Below are positions 31,855 through 41,993 of a stretch of 64,000 nucleotides of DNA, in pieces (position 1 is the stretch's first letter; the number at the start of each line of letters is the position of its first letter). The stretch lies in the IMG/VR virus record IMGVR_UViG_3300035208_007487, one strand, 5' to 3'. Both the position numbers and the translations under genes were made by a program. The notes under the pieces are model-generated. The model saw only the letters and a list, made by a program, of their open reading frames with translations, was not told the DNA's origin and did not search any database. The stretch comes from a virus. Taxonomy: Duplodnaviria; Caudoviricetes.

Positions 31855-33169
31855 TAAACTCCTTAATATATTTACTTTGAAGTTTAAATTCTTGTTTCAG
31901 CGACGAGCACTGCTCCGTTAAGAACTGTAATCTCTCATCTCCGCAAGCGTAACTTTGCGTGGAACTCACGCTAGACTCACCTCTTGCGAGGCTTGTAATA
32001 TATTTGCCCGAAGGTGAATGTTTATCCATCAGCCAGAGCGCATAGTATTGTAGATTTTTAGCAGCGTTAACATCACGATCATGATGCACACCACAATTGC
32101 TACAAGTCCATTCTCTATCTGATAGTTTCAATTCATTATGTTTATGCCCGCAAACACTACAATACCTAGAAGAAGCATAGAAGGTAGGAGCCATTATTAA
32201 ATGGATTCTTGCCCATGCACACTTGTATTTCAAAGTATCTCTAATTTTACCAAAAGAAGAATCTAAAATAGAACTTGCTAATTTATGATTCTTGGACATA
32301 TTTTTTGGCTTTAATGTTTCAATAACAATGGCCTTTGGTTTGGCTTTTACCAAAGAACTTGTCAATTTATGCACAGTATCATTGCGGATATCCGCAACTC
32401 TTTTGTGAACTCTTGACAACCTTGTTATAGCTTTCTTTCTGTTGTTACTTCCTTTTATTCTTCTTGATACCATTCGCTGATATCGTTGAAGCTTCTTTAG
32501 ATGCGATTTATATGCTTTCGGATTCTTGAAAGTATTACCTTCACTAGTAATCGCCAATTCTTTGATCCCTAAATCTACTCCTAATATATCATTAATTGAA
32601 ATATCTTCAAGTTGTGATAATTCTGGGGTTTCAATATCTTCTTTAATAAAAAATGAAACAAACCATCTATCTGCTTGGCGGGATACAGTTGCTTGACTTA
32701 ATTTTATCTTCCCTTCATGTATTGGATAATTCTTCTCCTTTAATCTAATCTTGCCTAATATTGGTAATTGAGCATAATTAGATGCAATAAAAGTTTGACC
32801 GCATAATCTAAATGAATCTCTTTGGCCCCGCTTCTTGAATTTTGGATAACCTGATTTTTTAGCAAAGAATCGTTTAAATGCTTGTTCTAAGTCTCTTAAT
32901 GATTCTTGCCCACAGCATTTAGACACTTGGCTTATCCAAGTTTTTTCTTTTTTTAATAATATTAAATCTTTATACCAATCTATGGCAGTACCTAATTTAA
33001 TTTTATATTTATTTGCATTTTGAGATATTTTGAATTCTTTGTAATTATTGCTTATTATGGCTAATCTATTATTATATGCAAAGCGAGCAACTCCTGCACT
33101 ATTATAACAAAGAGCTGTTTGAGTATTATTGAGTTTTAATTCAAGCACATATCCACGCCATTTTATCAC
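31841..33169 (-). CDS. tnpB: RNA-guided endonuclease TnpB (IS200/IS605/IS607 family), no transposase nearby
   Basis: HTH (AGVARFAYN), GYPKFKKR, RuvC GVDLGI / IVIETL / DRDVNAA, zinc finger CSVC..CSNC. Confidence 0.92.
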   Translation of the reverse strand: MIKWRGYVLELKLNNTQTALCYNSAGVARFAYNNRLAIISNNYKEFKISQNANKYKIKLGTAIDWYKDLILLKKEKTWISQVSKCCGQESLRDLEQAFKRFFAKKSGYPKFKKRGQRDSFRLCGQTFIASNYAQLPILGKIRLKEKNYPIHEGKIKLSQATVSRQADRWFVSFFIKEDIETPELSQLEDISINDILGVDLGIKELAITSEGNTFKNPKAYKSHLKKLQRYQRMVSRRIKGSNNRKKAITRLSRVHKRVADIRNDTVHKLTSSLVKAKPKAIVIETLKPKNMSKNHKLASSILDSSFGKIRDTLKYKCAWARIHLIMAPTFYASSRYCSVCGHKHNELKLSDREWTCSNCGVHHDRDVNAAKNLQYYALWLMDKHSPSGKYITSLARGESSVSSTQSYACGDERLQFLTEQCSSLKQEFKLQSKYIKEFNESV

Positions 33170-33187
33170 TAATATTATTTATCTATT

Positions 33188-33517
33188 TTATACACTTAAA
33201 AAATACTCCTTAATATATGCAACTTCTCCAGAAAACATATTAATAATATCTTCAACTGATAAATTTTCTTTATAGTAATATTCTTCACATACTTGGCATA
33301 ATGCATCAATAGCTGTTTCAAATATTTCTATTTCTCCATATGATATATATTCGTTTATATCATCTGCTTCAAATTTAATTGAATTATTTTTAGTTTGGTA
33401 AACTGTTAAATTATCTAAATTAACTAGTGAAAATAATAATGTTATTGCAATTCCTTTAATATTTTGAGAAATTTGTGACATATTGTTAATCTTATCAATT
33501 GTTTTCTTAACATTCAT
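33188..33517 (-). CDS. hypothetical protein
   Basis: ORF with TAAATA-N6-ATG. Confidence 0.55.
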   Translation of the reverse strand: MNVKKTIDKINNMSQISQNIKGIAITLLFSLVNLDNLTVYQTKNNSIKFEADDINEYISYGEIEIFETAIDALCQVCEEYYYKENLSVEDIINMFSGEVAYIKEYFLSV

Positions 33518-33526
33518 ATGAAATAT

Positions 33527-34120
33527 TTATTGATTAGGTTCTTCAACTTTAGCTTCACTATAAGGAAGTGTTTTAAGTATTTTTAATATATCTGGATTAT
33601 AGCAAATTAAATCAGTAACTCCATTACCAACATATACCATAAATCCATCAATCTGATGAACTCTTAATCTAGATAATAATATATCTTCATGCCCATGATA
33701 ACAATCATACCATATAGATTGAATTAATTCTAATAAGGTATCATTACTTTCTATAAGTGATTCTCTCATTAATCTTTTAGCTCTAATTGGATCTTCATCC
33801 CAATTACTAAGAACCTCTAATTCATCAGGAAGAGCTCTAGTTAGGGCATTAAGCAAACCAATTGGATACTTTGTTTTTGAACCTTTTATATTTGTTCGTC
33901 TGGTTAATCTAACTTCATTTAAAAATCCATCTGGATAGGCGTAGCTAATTGCTTTATCTCTGCTTAAACTTAGATAAAATCCTGGCCCTAATTGGGCATT
34001 ACTATTTTCAGTTAGGGCATATCTATCTTCAAATTTATTAAACTTTACTTTACTGCCATGATACCAAATCTGAGGAATTGCTACAGATTCGTATAAACAT
34101 CCATTATACTCTAATTTCAT
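33527..34120 (-). CDS. ADP-ribosyltransferase-fold protein with YNGCLYE tag
   Basis: WYHGS..F..F..LGPGFYLS..A..YA pattern of ART-PolyVal-like domains. Confidence 0.65.
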   Translation of the reverse strand: MKLEYNGCLYESVAIPQIWYHGSKVKFNKFEDRYALTENSNAQLGPGFYLSLSRDKAISYAYPDGFLNEVRLTRRTNIKGSKTKYPIGLLNALTRALPDELEVLSNWDEDPIRAKRLMRESLIESNDTLLELIQSIWYDCYHGHEDILLSRLRVHQIDGFMVYVGNGVTDLICYNPDILKILKTLPYSEAKVEEPNQ

Positions 34121-34146
34121 ACTAAGTATTTAGATATAATTAAAAT

Positions 34147-34611
34147 ATGAGTGATATAACGGGCTACGGAATTAAATTAAATAAAGAATATAGGCCATAT
34201 TCAAAACTATCATTTAATGAATTCAACAAATCAAATAGTAGCCTTTCTAAGAAAGATATTGAAGAATCTTATGAGAAAACAATACATAAGGTTATAAAAT
34301 ATATTATTGCAATCGGTGCCGAAGAATTACAATCTCAATTAAAAAAATACTCTGAATATGACCCTATTGTAATAAATAGAGAATCAATATCTGAAAAAGA
34401 ATATGCTGAGTCTGGTAGTATGATGGGATTTGAAGTTAGATTATATGCGGATACTGAAATATTAGATAAAATGGTCGAAGCTGCTAAAAAAATAAAGCAG
34501 GATGAAAATATATATACTGAACCTATTAATGGTAAAATTAAAGAAAGTAAATTTAAAGATACATTAGATACTATTATTAAAGTATCGGCTAGGAGAAATA
34601 ATAATGCGTGA
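34147..34611 (+). CDS. hypothetical protein
   Basis: 154-aa ORF heading a small + strand operon. Confidence 0.55.
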   Translation: MSDITGYGIKLNKEYRPYSKLSFNEFNKSNSSLSKKDIEESYEKTIHKVIKYIIAIGAEELQSQLKKYSEYDPIVINRESISEKEYAESGSMMGFEVRLYADTEILDKMVEAAKKIKQDENIYTEPINGKIKESKFKDTLDTIIKVSARRNNNA

Positions 34612-34852
34612 AACAATAACTTCTCATCAATTAGCTAAAGCATTACTTGAAGATGAAGACTTGCCTATTCTTATGATTGTAAATGGCCACACATATAGTT
34701 CAGAAGCCCATAAGTATTCACATGGAGAAATTAAATTAGGAATAAGCACTATAATATATGCTAGTGGATATTCTAAACATATTGTTATAGGACATATGTT
34801 AGAAACTGAGGATAATATTATGGATATTCGAAGTATCAATAAAGATGTCTAG
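34604..34852 (+). CDS. hypothetical protein
   Basis: AGGAG SD; overlaps neighbours. Confidence 0.55.
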   Translation: MRETITSHQLAKALLEDEDLPILMIVNGHTYSSEAHKYSHGEIKLGISTIIYASGYSKHIVIGHMLETEDNIMDIRSINKDV

Positions 34853-35036
34853 GCAAATATTAGAAACTTGTTATTTCTGTCCATTTTGTAAAAAGAAAAG
34901 TGGAACTTTAATTAATGGTAATTGTCCAGACTGTGGAAATCATTATGTAAATCATGAATTAATTCTTTCAAACGATTCAATAATAGTAGTTATTGCAATA
35001 TTACTATTTTTAATATTAATATGGCGCTATATATGA
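34845..35036 (+). CDS. zinc-ribbon membrane protein
   Basis: CPFC..CPDC plus C-terminal TM. Confidence 0.5.
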   Translation: MSRQILETCYFCPFCKKKSGTLINGNCPDCGNHYVNHELILSNDSIIVVIAILLFLILIWRYI

Positions 35037-35470
35037 ATGAATTATTTGCTTTAGTTATATTGGGATGTATCGAAATATTAGTATTGTTATTACATAATTT
35101 TATTGAAAATCATCCTACTTTATATAATACATTAAGATATTATGGGAAATTTACTAACTGCTGTGATATGGTTGGATATGATAAAAAATTATCAAAATTT
35201 TCATATGATACTTATATTTGCAAAAAATGTAATAGAAAATATATTGAAGTTGATGGGAGAAAGCTAGTAAAATTTAAAGCATTAACTATAAAACAAACTT
35301 ATAAAGAAATTACTTATACTATGCATAGAACTAAAGTTAAGCGTATTATTAATCCAATTCTACGCAAAATACAATTTTTTACAAATAAGCCTTATGTAAT
35401 TGCTTCGGTAACTGATCATGGCTATTTTTTGTATTATAAAATAATGCGAGTCTTATATATAAAAATATAA
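35033..35470 (+). CDS. hypothetical membrane-anchored protein
   Basis: N-terminal TM, CC..CKKC; ATGA coupling. Confidence 0.45.
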   Translation: MNELFALVILGCIEILVLLLHNFIENHPTLYNTLRYYGKFTNCCDMVGYDKKLSKFSYDTYICKKCNRKYIEVDGRKLVKFKALTIKQTYKEITYTMHRTKVKRIINPILRKIQFFTNKPYVIASVTDHGYFLYYKIMRVLYIKI

Positions 35471-35475
35471 AATAA

Positions 35476-36216
35476 TCACATTTTCATTTGCTCTACTATT
35501 TCTGGTGAAAAATGCGATCTAATGACATTTGAAATTTTATGCTCAATAGCAGAAATCTTTTCATAGCTAACATTAAAATATTCATGACATTCAGCTAATG
35601 TTTTATATCCACATGAATGACTAATAAAAATCTTTTGTTCAGTTTTATCAAAATTGCATAATATCGAATCTATCTTATTTTTTATTGAAATAGCATCCAA
35701 GCCGTCTTCAGCTTCAGTGGATGAATAAGTTTCTTGTTCAATTGTGTCAAATATATCTAATTCTTCACCGTCTAAATTAATAACTTTATTAACATATTGA
35801 GTTTTTTCATTTGGCAATCCTTTTTTATAATTTCTAATTGAAGCATTTACTCTAGCTGCGGGCATCCTAATTACGCCATTATAACTAATATTCAAAAATA
35901 TTAACAGGCTTTTTTTAATATGCCAAACAATATACGTTAAAAATGTATTAGTTTTATCATCTTTAAATTCTTCAATTCCCTCACTAGCACCAATAATACC
36001 TTCATTAAAAATTTCATTAATATCTATTAATGTTTTAGTATAATAATATCTAGCACATGCAAATATGAATTTGTAAATAGAAGCTAATGCTAAATTCTTA
36101 TATGAAATATCATGAGTTTCATGATATTTTTTAACCAAAGCTTTTTGCTCATCTGAGCTTAATGAAATAGCTTTCTTTAAAATCAATTCCATGTTTGGAT
36201 TTAATTGAACATACAT
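35476..36216 (-). CDS. sigma70-family RNA polymerase sigma factor
   Basis: EIFNEGIIG..IEEF..TFLTYIVWHIK region 2, VIRMP, region 4 KTLAE. Confidence 0.8.
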   Translation of the reverse strand: MYVQLNPNMELILKKAISLSSDEQKALVKKYHETHDISYKNLALASIYKFIFACARYYYTKTLIDINEIFNEGIIGASEGIEEFKDDKTNTFLTYIVWHIKKSLLIFLNISYNGVIRMPAARVNASIRNYKKGLPNEKTQYVNKVINLDGEELDIFDTIEQETYSSTEAEDGLDAISIKNKIDSILCNFDKTEQKIFISHSCGYKTLAECHEYFNVSYEKISAIEHKISNVIRSHFSPEIVEQMKM

Positions 36217-36971
36217 TATTTTTTGCTCTTTTTAGTTGGCATTTTTCTAAAAGACCATTTATCGTATCCCTTAGATTCTGCTATAACTTTATCACTTCCA
36301 ACTGGCATTGGAGGAGTTTTAGTATTCGCAAGAATGCCTCCAAGATACATTTCAATCTCTTGAAAAGCAATATAAGGTTTAATTATTCTATGAAAATTAA
36401 AATCTTTAAGTATAGGATTTTTGATTAATATACTAAGAATTCCTTCTTTTAATAATACATTTGAAATATTACTTATAGGCATTCCAAATATTTTTTCTTC
36501 ACTAACTTGGGATAATCCTTCGCCCTTAAAAATCCTTTCACTTATTCCACAATCATAATAATAATAATTATCCCCAGACATAATTACAAAAATAGGGCAA
36601 TCTAAAGCCCTAAAGATATTATGATTAATTACTGGAGCAAAGCTAGGGGCTTTTCTCCAAGGAATGTCTTCAATTATGTTACAATAATCTTTATAAACAT
36701 TTTTCTTTTCAGCATACCTATCTTTAAGTATATTATAATCTTTTTCAAGATGAGGATATAAAATACCATCAATAGTGATAAGACATTGATACAATACTCC
36801 GCAAAATCCAATTACAGCATTGCAATTAGTATTGATTTTATATTTGTCAAATAGATCACTACCTAGTTCATAAGATTGAACTCTTGAATATATTGGATAA
36901 TCTTCAGAGTTTCCAGTAAAAGACATTCCAATATCATAATAATCTTTAATTTTTTCTCCAAGTATTCTCAT
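36216..36971 (-). CDS. conserved hypothetical phage protein
   Basis: MRI..KDYYD, IGFCG, AFQEIEMYLG, GYDKWSFRK. Confidence 0.6.
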   Translation of the reverse strand: MRILGEKIKDYYDIGMSFTGNSEDYPIYSRVQSYELGSDLFDKYKINTNCNAVIGFCGVLYQCLITIDGILYPHLEKDYNILKDRYAEKKNVYKDYCNIIEDIPWRKAPSFAPVINHNIFRALDCPIFVIMSGDNYYYYDCGISERIFKGEGLSQVSEEKIFGMPISNISNVLLKEGILSILIKNPILKDFNFHRIIKPYIAFQEIEMYLGGILANTKTPPMPVGSDKVIAESKGYDKWSFRKMPTKKSKK

Positions 36972-36972
36972 T

Positions 36973-37263
36973 TCACACCTTTGTTTGAAAATTTCTCATG
37001 AATACTTTACGAATTAATGGACGATGATGATTTGATTTATATAATTCAATCCAGGAATGCCCGCAATCGCACCTACAATAAATTACATGAGATGGGCCTT
37101 CACATTTAGCCGAAATCGTGAAACTAGTTGAAGAACTAGCTCCTTCTTTTTCTAGCGCAATAGATGAATATTCAATTGCTCCACATTTAGGACAAGCAAA
37201 TTGTTCTTCTAAGGCTACATCATTTTCATCTAATTCAAGTTGGTTAACTTTATTTAATTGCAT
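36973..37263 (-). CDS. zinc-ribbon protein
   Basis: CPKC..CDCGHSW. Confidence 0.5.
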   Translation of the reverse strand: MQLNKVNQLELDENDVALEEQFACPKCGAIEYSSIALEKEGASSSTSFTISAKCEGPSHVIYCRCDCGHSWIELYKSNHHRPLIRKVFMRNFQTKV

Positions 37264-37492
37264 TTTCCACTTTCATTATGAAGGGGCACCAATCTGGAAC
37301 ACTTGATTCTTTTTTGGCATTATATGGACGACATCCAGTAGTTGAATAACAATCTTTTTTAAATTTGCAGCCGATTTTAATATCATCATCACAAAAATCA
37401 TCATATGGATCAGGATCAGATTCAATTGTATGAGCTGGGCATTCAATACAAGTAGAAATGCTTAAATCCCCTACATTAGCTATATTACTCAT
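37250..37492 (-). CDS. Cys-rich hypothetical protein
   Basis: CIECP..VPDWCP; AAGGAG SD. Confidence 0.55.
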   Translation of the reverse strand: MSNIANVGDLSISTCIECPAHTIESDPDPYDDFCDDDIKIGCKFKKDCYSTTGCRPYNAKKESSVPDWCPFIMKVENAIK

Positions 37493-37540
37493 ATTGGCTC
37501 CTTATTTATGGGCTGTCTAAAAATTATACAATTATACAGA

Positions 37541-37876
37541 CTAGGTGTCAATTATTTTACCAGGAATTTTTACATCCTCGAACCATTCAGACAATAAAAA
37601 AGCTACAGCGGCTGATTTATGTTCATGCTTAGGTTCCCAACTACTCTGAATTGCCATCAAATGCTTTAAAGCAGTTTGTCCATCAATTCCTTCTTTTTCG
37701 ATAAAATCAGTATCTCCAGATAATCCTTCAAAGAACCAAATACTTTGAATTTTATTCCATTTACTCTGACCTTCTTTAAATTCATTTGGAATATCTTCCC
37801 ACTTAGGTAATAATTTTTCCATATCACCTCCAAAGACCATCTCAACTTTGCTAATTTCTTTAGGTAAATATTTCAT
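37541..37876 (-). CDS. conserved hypothetical phage protein
   Basis: SWEPKHEHK..AFLLSEWF; AAGGAG SD. Confidence 0.65.
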   Translation of the reverse strand: MKYLPKEISKVEMVFGGDMEKLLPKWEDIPNEFKEGQSKWNKIQSIWFFEGLSGDTDFIEKEGIDGQTALKHLMAIQSSWEPKHEHKSAAVAFLLSEWFEDVKIPGKIIDT

Positions 37877-37951
37877 GATTATCTCCTTTATTAAATAAAA
37901 TGCCTCTTCCTAGTTTTATAGAAAGAGGCATAATATTTACAATTTAGCTAA

Positions 37952-38332
37952 TTACTTAGAGACAGTTGGCTTAACACTATCTTTTTCAATAGATATACTA
38001 TTGATAAAGAAATCTTCAGTGCAAAAAGTTGCACGAGCCTGTTGATAGTTAATTTTTAAGATGAAACCACTATCAATAGCCTTGTTGATTAATACTGCTT
38101 GCGAATCAGAAGTAACCACGAATTCATGGTCTTCTGTAGACATAGATCCCACACCATTCCGCATGATTCCCAAAGACGCATCTAATAATGTGTAATTAGG
38201 GCAAAGGATAGGATTCACTTTAATCAGTTTTTTAGGCTGTGCAATGGTATTATTATCAGTAGATGAATATCCAAAACATCCACCGAGCATGCAAAGCATG
38301 GTTAATCCGATTGCTAATCCAAGTTTCTTCAT
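37952..38332 (-). CDS. putative lipoprotein
   Basis: MKK + hydrophobic stretch + LGGC lipobox. Confidence 0.6.
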   Translation of the reverse strand: MKKLGLAIGLTMLCMLGGCFGYSSTDNNTIAQPKKLIKVNPILCPNYTLLDASLGIMRNGVGSMSTEDHEFVVTSDSQAVLINKAIDSGFILKINYQQARATFCTEDFFINSISIEKDSVKPTVSK

Positions 38333-38359
38333 TGTTCTTCTTTCTGATTGAGTGGAAAA

Positions 38360-38542
38360 TTATTCTTCGTCGTCATCATCTAGATCATGAACAATCTGAT
38401 TTAATCTATCAATTGTTCCAAATGGTGTATCATGATTATCATCATCATCAAATGCTCTAGACATTGGTCTAATTCCAGTTACATCTAAACCAATATCTAA
38501 AGGTAATTTGGCAATATCACCTAAAGCACTAAACAACCCCAT
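38360..38542 (-). CDS. hypothetical protein
   Basis: AAGGAG SD, 60 aa. Confidence 0.55.
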   Translation of the reverse strand: MGLFSALGDIAKLPLDIGLDVTGIRPMSRAFDDDDNHDTPFGTIDRLNQIVHDLDDDDEE

Positions 38543-38554
38543 TTTAAGCTCCTT

Positions 38555-38776
38555 TTATTCAATTATATCGCTAGCTAAATCAATGCATGCTTCAGTTATG
38601 CATACACAGCTATATTTTTCTCGTCCAGGTATTCTATCAATTTGCTTTACAATATAGGCTTGCCCATATGCCAATGATTCATCAATAGGTGCTCCTACAA
38701 TAATACCACGATATCCTTCTTTTTTATCATCTATTCGCTTGATAATAATTTCAGTTCCTTCTGGATAGTATCGCAC
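38555..38776 (-). CDS. hypothetical SH3-like small protein
   Basis: AAGGAG SD. Confidence 0.5.
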   Translation of the reverse strand: MRYYPEGTEIIIKRIDDKKEGYRGIIVGAPIDESLAYGQAYIVKQIDRIPGREKYSCVCITEACIDLASDIIE

Positions 38777-38868
38777 ATATTCTCCTTTATTTTTGAGTGA
38801 ATATTTTTCACACTAAATAAAATATCTTGCTTAATGTGATGAAATCACCTAATTCTACGTTAAATAAT

Positions 38869-39780
38869 TTATTCATCCTCAACAAATTTTCCATTAATCA
38901 TTTTATAAAACGTATTGGCTTTAATGCGCTTTCCATCAATTTTCAAGGTGCTGCAATTAATGATTTCCCCATTAATCCATTCAGATAAAGTCAAAAAATC
39001 ACCTAAAGCTCCTTTGGCTTTGCTATCAGGTCCAAATGCAACTGCTAAAGATTGCTCTCCACTAACAATTGCTTGACTGCTAGTGCCTACTGTGGATGCT
39101 AAAGATTGTTTTCCACTATTTGAGGCTAATGAACGATATCCACTATTTGAGGCTGATGACCAATTTCCACTATTTGAGGCTAATGAACGATATCCACTAT
39201 TTGAGGCTGATGACCAATTTCCACTATTTGAGGCTGATGAACGATTTCCACTATTTGAGGCTGATGAACAATCTCCACTATTTGAAGCTGATGAACAATC
39301 TCCACTATTTGAAGCTGATGAACAATCTCCACTATTTGAGGCTGATGAACGATTTCCACTATTTGAGGCTGATGAACAATCTCCACTATTGCTGGCTAAT
39401 GAACAATCTCCACTATTTGAAGCTGATGAACAATCTCCACTATTTGAGGCTACTGAACAATCCTTAGTTTGATGCTCTTTAGACTTAGCATATTCAGCGC
39501 ATAATTGGGTATATTCAATAATATCAATTTCTTTAATAATAGTTATTTTTGTACCGGCCTGTTTAGAGTCCTTAGATTCACCATTAACAATTCCATCAAG
39601 TTCTACTTCACAGAATCTAGATTCTCCTGGATTATAGTAAGAAAATACATCTAGTGGGTTTGTGCAAGCATGAAAGCCCTCTTGACATAGCTCTGCATGA
39701 TCTGTTACATAGGTCTTACCTATTTCGTATTGAAAATCTCTGCACTGCAAATTCTTATCAAATCCCTTAAAACATTTCAT
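38869..39780 (-). CDS. phage protein with conserved N-terminal domain and 9-aa SSASNSG repeats
   Basis: KGFDKNLQCRDFQYEIGKTY..C..GFHAC..PLDVF.YY family motif; C-terminal IKANTFY. Confidence 0.8.
   Translation of the reverse strand: MKCFKGFDKNLQCRDFQYEIGKTYVTDHAELCQEGFHACTNPLDVFSYYNPGESRFCEVELDGIVNGESKDSKQAGTKITIIKEIDIIEYTQLCAEYAKSKEHQTKDCSVASNSGDCSSASNSGDCSLASNSGDCSSASNSGNRSSASNSGDCSSASNSGDCSSASNSGDCSSASNSGNRSSASNSGNWSSASNSGYRSLASNSGNWSSASNSGYRSLASNSGKQSLASTVGTSSQAIVSGEQSLAVAFGPDSKAKGALGDFLTLSEWINGEIINCSTLKIDGKRIKANTFYKMINGKFVEDE
39112..39462 (-). repeat. 13 x 27-bp coding tandem repeat
   Basis: Unit ccactatttgaggctgatgaacaatct with variants. Confidence 0.9.
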
Positions 39781-39846
39781 TTTCTAGCACTCTCTTTCCA
39801 TTTTATGGGTGTGATTATTCAGATCTAACTGGAGACTCATTAATTT

Positions 39847-40185
39847 TTATTTTTGGGTAAATATATCTCGGCTTAATTTTATGATTTTGACCAGCATACC
39901 AAAGTCATCTAATTCACCTACATATACTAAATTATCATTTTGAATAATTTTTAATTCGGCTGAATGTTTATAGCCATAACGATATATAGATAATTGTATA
40001 TTTCTTTGATGAAGTAATTCTAAATATTGAGTTTCCTCCAATGATAATGTCCAATAAAATCCATTATCATTGCAATAAATGTCACATTTAATATCTTCTA
40101 ATAATTTCAATAATGTTGCAATATCTTCATCTGTGAAATTATCAGCTACATAAAATAATCCATTTAAATAGGTAAATGATTTCAT
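39847..40185 (-). CDS. hypothetical protein
   Basis: ORF in co-oriented cluster. Confidence 0.5.
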   Translation of the reverse strand: MKSFTYLNGLFYVADNFTDEDIATLLKLLEDIKCDIYCNDNGFYWTLSLEETQYLELLHQRNIQLSIYRYGYKHSAELKIIQNDNLVYVGELDDFGMLVKIIKLSRDIFTQK

Positions 40186-40186
40186 C

Positions 40187-40489
40187 TTAAGAATAGCTTT
40201 CTATATGTTTTTTATAGCAAGAAGGAATTTCGCCACTTTCAACCCTTAATGTAATTAATTTAAGATAGTTTGTAAACTCATTTGAATGATATTTGATTAT
40301 ACTTAATGCAACTAATATTGAATAACTAATTTGAGCATTAAAATTTGCTTCACTAAATTCTTTAATAAAATTATCCAAATGTTTTAGGTCATCTCTATTA
40401 CCTAATACTTCTTTATATATTAGTTGCATGGCTTCAAATTCACCTGCACTATTATTTAATTCTTGTAATTTATTAATTATTTCAAGCAT
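40187..40489 (-). CDS. hypothetical protein
   Basis: ORF in co-oriented cluster. Confidence 0.5.
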   Translation of the reverse strand: MLEIINKLQELNNSAGEFEAMQLIYKEVLGNRDDLKHLDNFIKEFSEANFNAQISYSILVALSIIKYHSNEFTNYLKLITLRVESGEIPSCYKKHIESYS

Positions 40490-40670
40490 ATTGGATCTAT
40501 TAGTTATTAGGTTCTAGCTGCAATAGTTGTAGCTAATACAATGGTATCTGCAAAAATAATCATACATATATTATCATAGTCAATAGAATGATCTTTTTTA
40601 TATTCAATTATTGTTATTTTAATGAATTCTGCATTAATACAAATTAATAGAATCCAAAATATTAGCAGAA

Positions 40671-40853
40671 TCATATTTTCGCCTTAGCCTTAAAGTAGCA
40701 AAAAAGTAAGCTACAATCTACAAAAACTATTGGAAATAATGCATACATTAAATACCAGCCTCTAATACATTTATCAATTATTATTTTCTTAATATAATCA
40801 AAATTTAAATAAACAACATATAATGCACAGATTATTAAAATTATTTTACTCAT
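40671..40853 (-). CDS. small membrane protein
   Basis: Two hydrophobic segments. Confidence 0.4.
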   Translation of the reverse strand: MSKIILIICALYVVYLNFDYIKKIIIDKCIRGWYLMYALFPIVFVDCSLLFCYFKAKAKI

Positions 40854-40863
40854 TTTATTATTT

Positions 40864-41181
40864 TCATCTAATTATTAGTTTTTGGCCTAATTCATACATT
40901 GGCATTTTTCCATCCCATTTGGACAATATTAACAACTTAACCGAATGCAAGATGCCTTCATATTTTGGATTATATCCCATATCAAGATAAGCCGCATGTA
41001 GTTTTGTTGCAATTTTACTATCATCCCAATCATGAATTAATGCTTGCCCAATATAGTCTTGCATACTCATTATAAGATTATGCTCTTTACAAAACTTCAA
41101 TGAATCAACTAATGGATAGCCACTTTCATCTTCCATTTCAAAAATACCATATACTAATCCATTAAATATTCTAAGACTCAT
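40864..41181 (-). CDS. hypothetical protein
   Basis: G(Y)PL..SL..C pattern reminiscent of an AlaRS helical fragment; not assigned. Confidence 0.5.
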   Translation of the reverse strand: MSLRIFNGLVYGIFEMEDESGYPLVDSLKFCKEHNLIMSMQDYIGQALIHDWDDSKIATKLHAAYLDMGYNPKYEGILHSVKLLILSKWDGKMPMYELGQKLIIR

Positions 41182-41665
41182 AATATTTTTCGCTCCTTAA
41201 ACCAAGTTCAATTTTTCTATTATTAATCCAATTCTGCTTAACAGTATTTAAATACTCTTTATATTCATTTTCAAGTACGTCATATATTTTACTATCAATA
41301 TATTCAGAAATTTTCAATAAAAATTCTTCAGGTATCTTAAATTCTACCCGAAAGCGATCAATGTGATTTCCGAATGAATCCATATCATCATATACACGCA
41401 TATTAGCAACTAAAGCATAATAATCATCATTATAATAAATGAGACAGGTGGGAGTTATTTTATCAAATCTATACCAATTTATTTCATCTTCGATATTGTC
41501 AGTTACAATTAGACTTAATTTAATATATCGAATTATTGATTCTTTAGTAATTAATTTTCTTAATTCATTAATTAAATTTATATTATGTTCAATTTTAATG
41601 TTTTTTATTAACTTTAATTTCTTAGTTAATCTAGGCAATTTACGACTAATATCATTTTCAAACAT
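41171..41665 (-). CDS. hypothetical protein
   Basis: Coupled ORF. Confidence 0.5.
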   Translation of the reverse strand: MFENDISRKLPRLTKKLKLIKNIKIEHNINLINELRKLITKESIIRYIKLSLIVTDNIEDEINWYRFDKITPTCLIYYNDDYYALVANMRVYDDMDSFGNHIDRFRVEFKIPEEFLLKISEYIDSKIYDVLENEYKEYLNTVKQNWINNRKIELGLRSEKYYES

Positions 41666-41876
41666 TTTTAGCTTTCATATTATCTAATTCATTGTGCATT
41701 TCCAGCAAATTAATATTGAAATTATGATCTAAGCATTCATCATGAATAAATCCCTTAAAACTTATTAAATCAAATTTAGAACCAAATCCAAATCTAAATT
41801 CAACATATCCTCCATTATTTAAACAGCCATGCTCTTCAGTTACTTCATGCCCGCATACGAAACAGGTTTTTGGCAT
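41658..41876 (-). CDS. zinc-finger small protein
   Basis: CFVC...FGFGSKFD...HDEC. Confidence 0.55.
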   Translation of the reverse strand: MPKTCFVCGHEVTEEHGCLNNGGYVEFRFGFGSKFDLISFKGFIHDECLDHNFNINLLEMHNELDNMKAKNV

Positions 41877-41993
41877 ACTTTCCCCTAAATTTATTAGTTA
41901 TTGAATATTACATATCTAATATAACAAAATTATATAAAGATGTAAATGTAAAAGTTAGTTAATTTCCATTTTTAACTAAAAACATACTAGAGA

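Noticed and set aside
39083-39472. 27-bp repeats as a CRISPR array; overlapping repeat ORFs on other frames
   Set aside because: Units are contiguous with no spacers and in frame within 38869..39780; the other ORFs are shadows of the repeat
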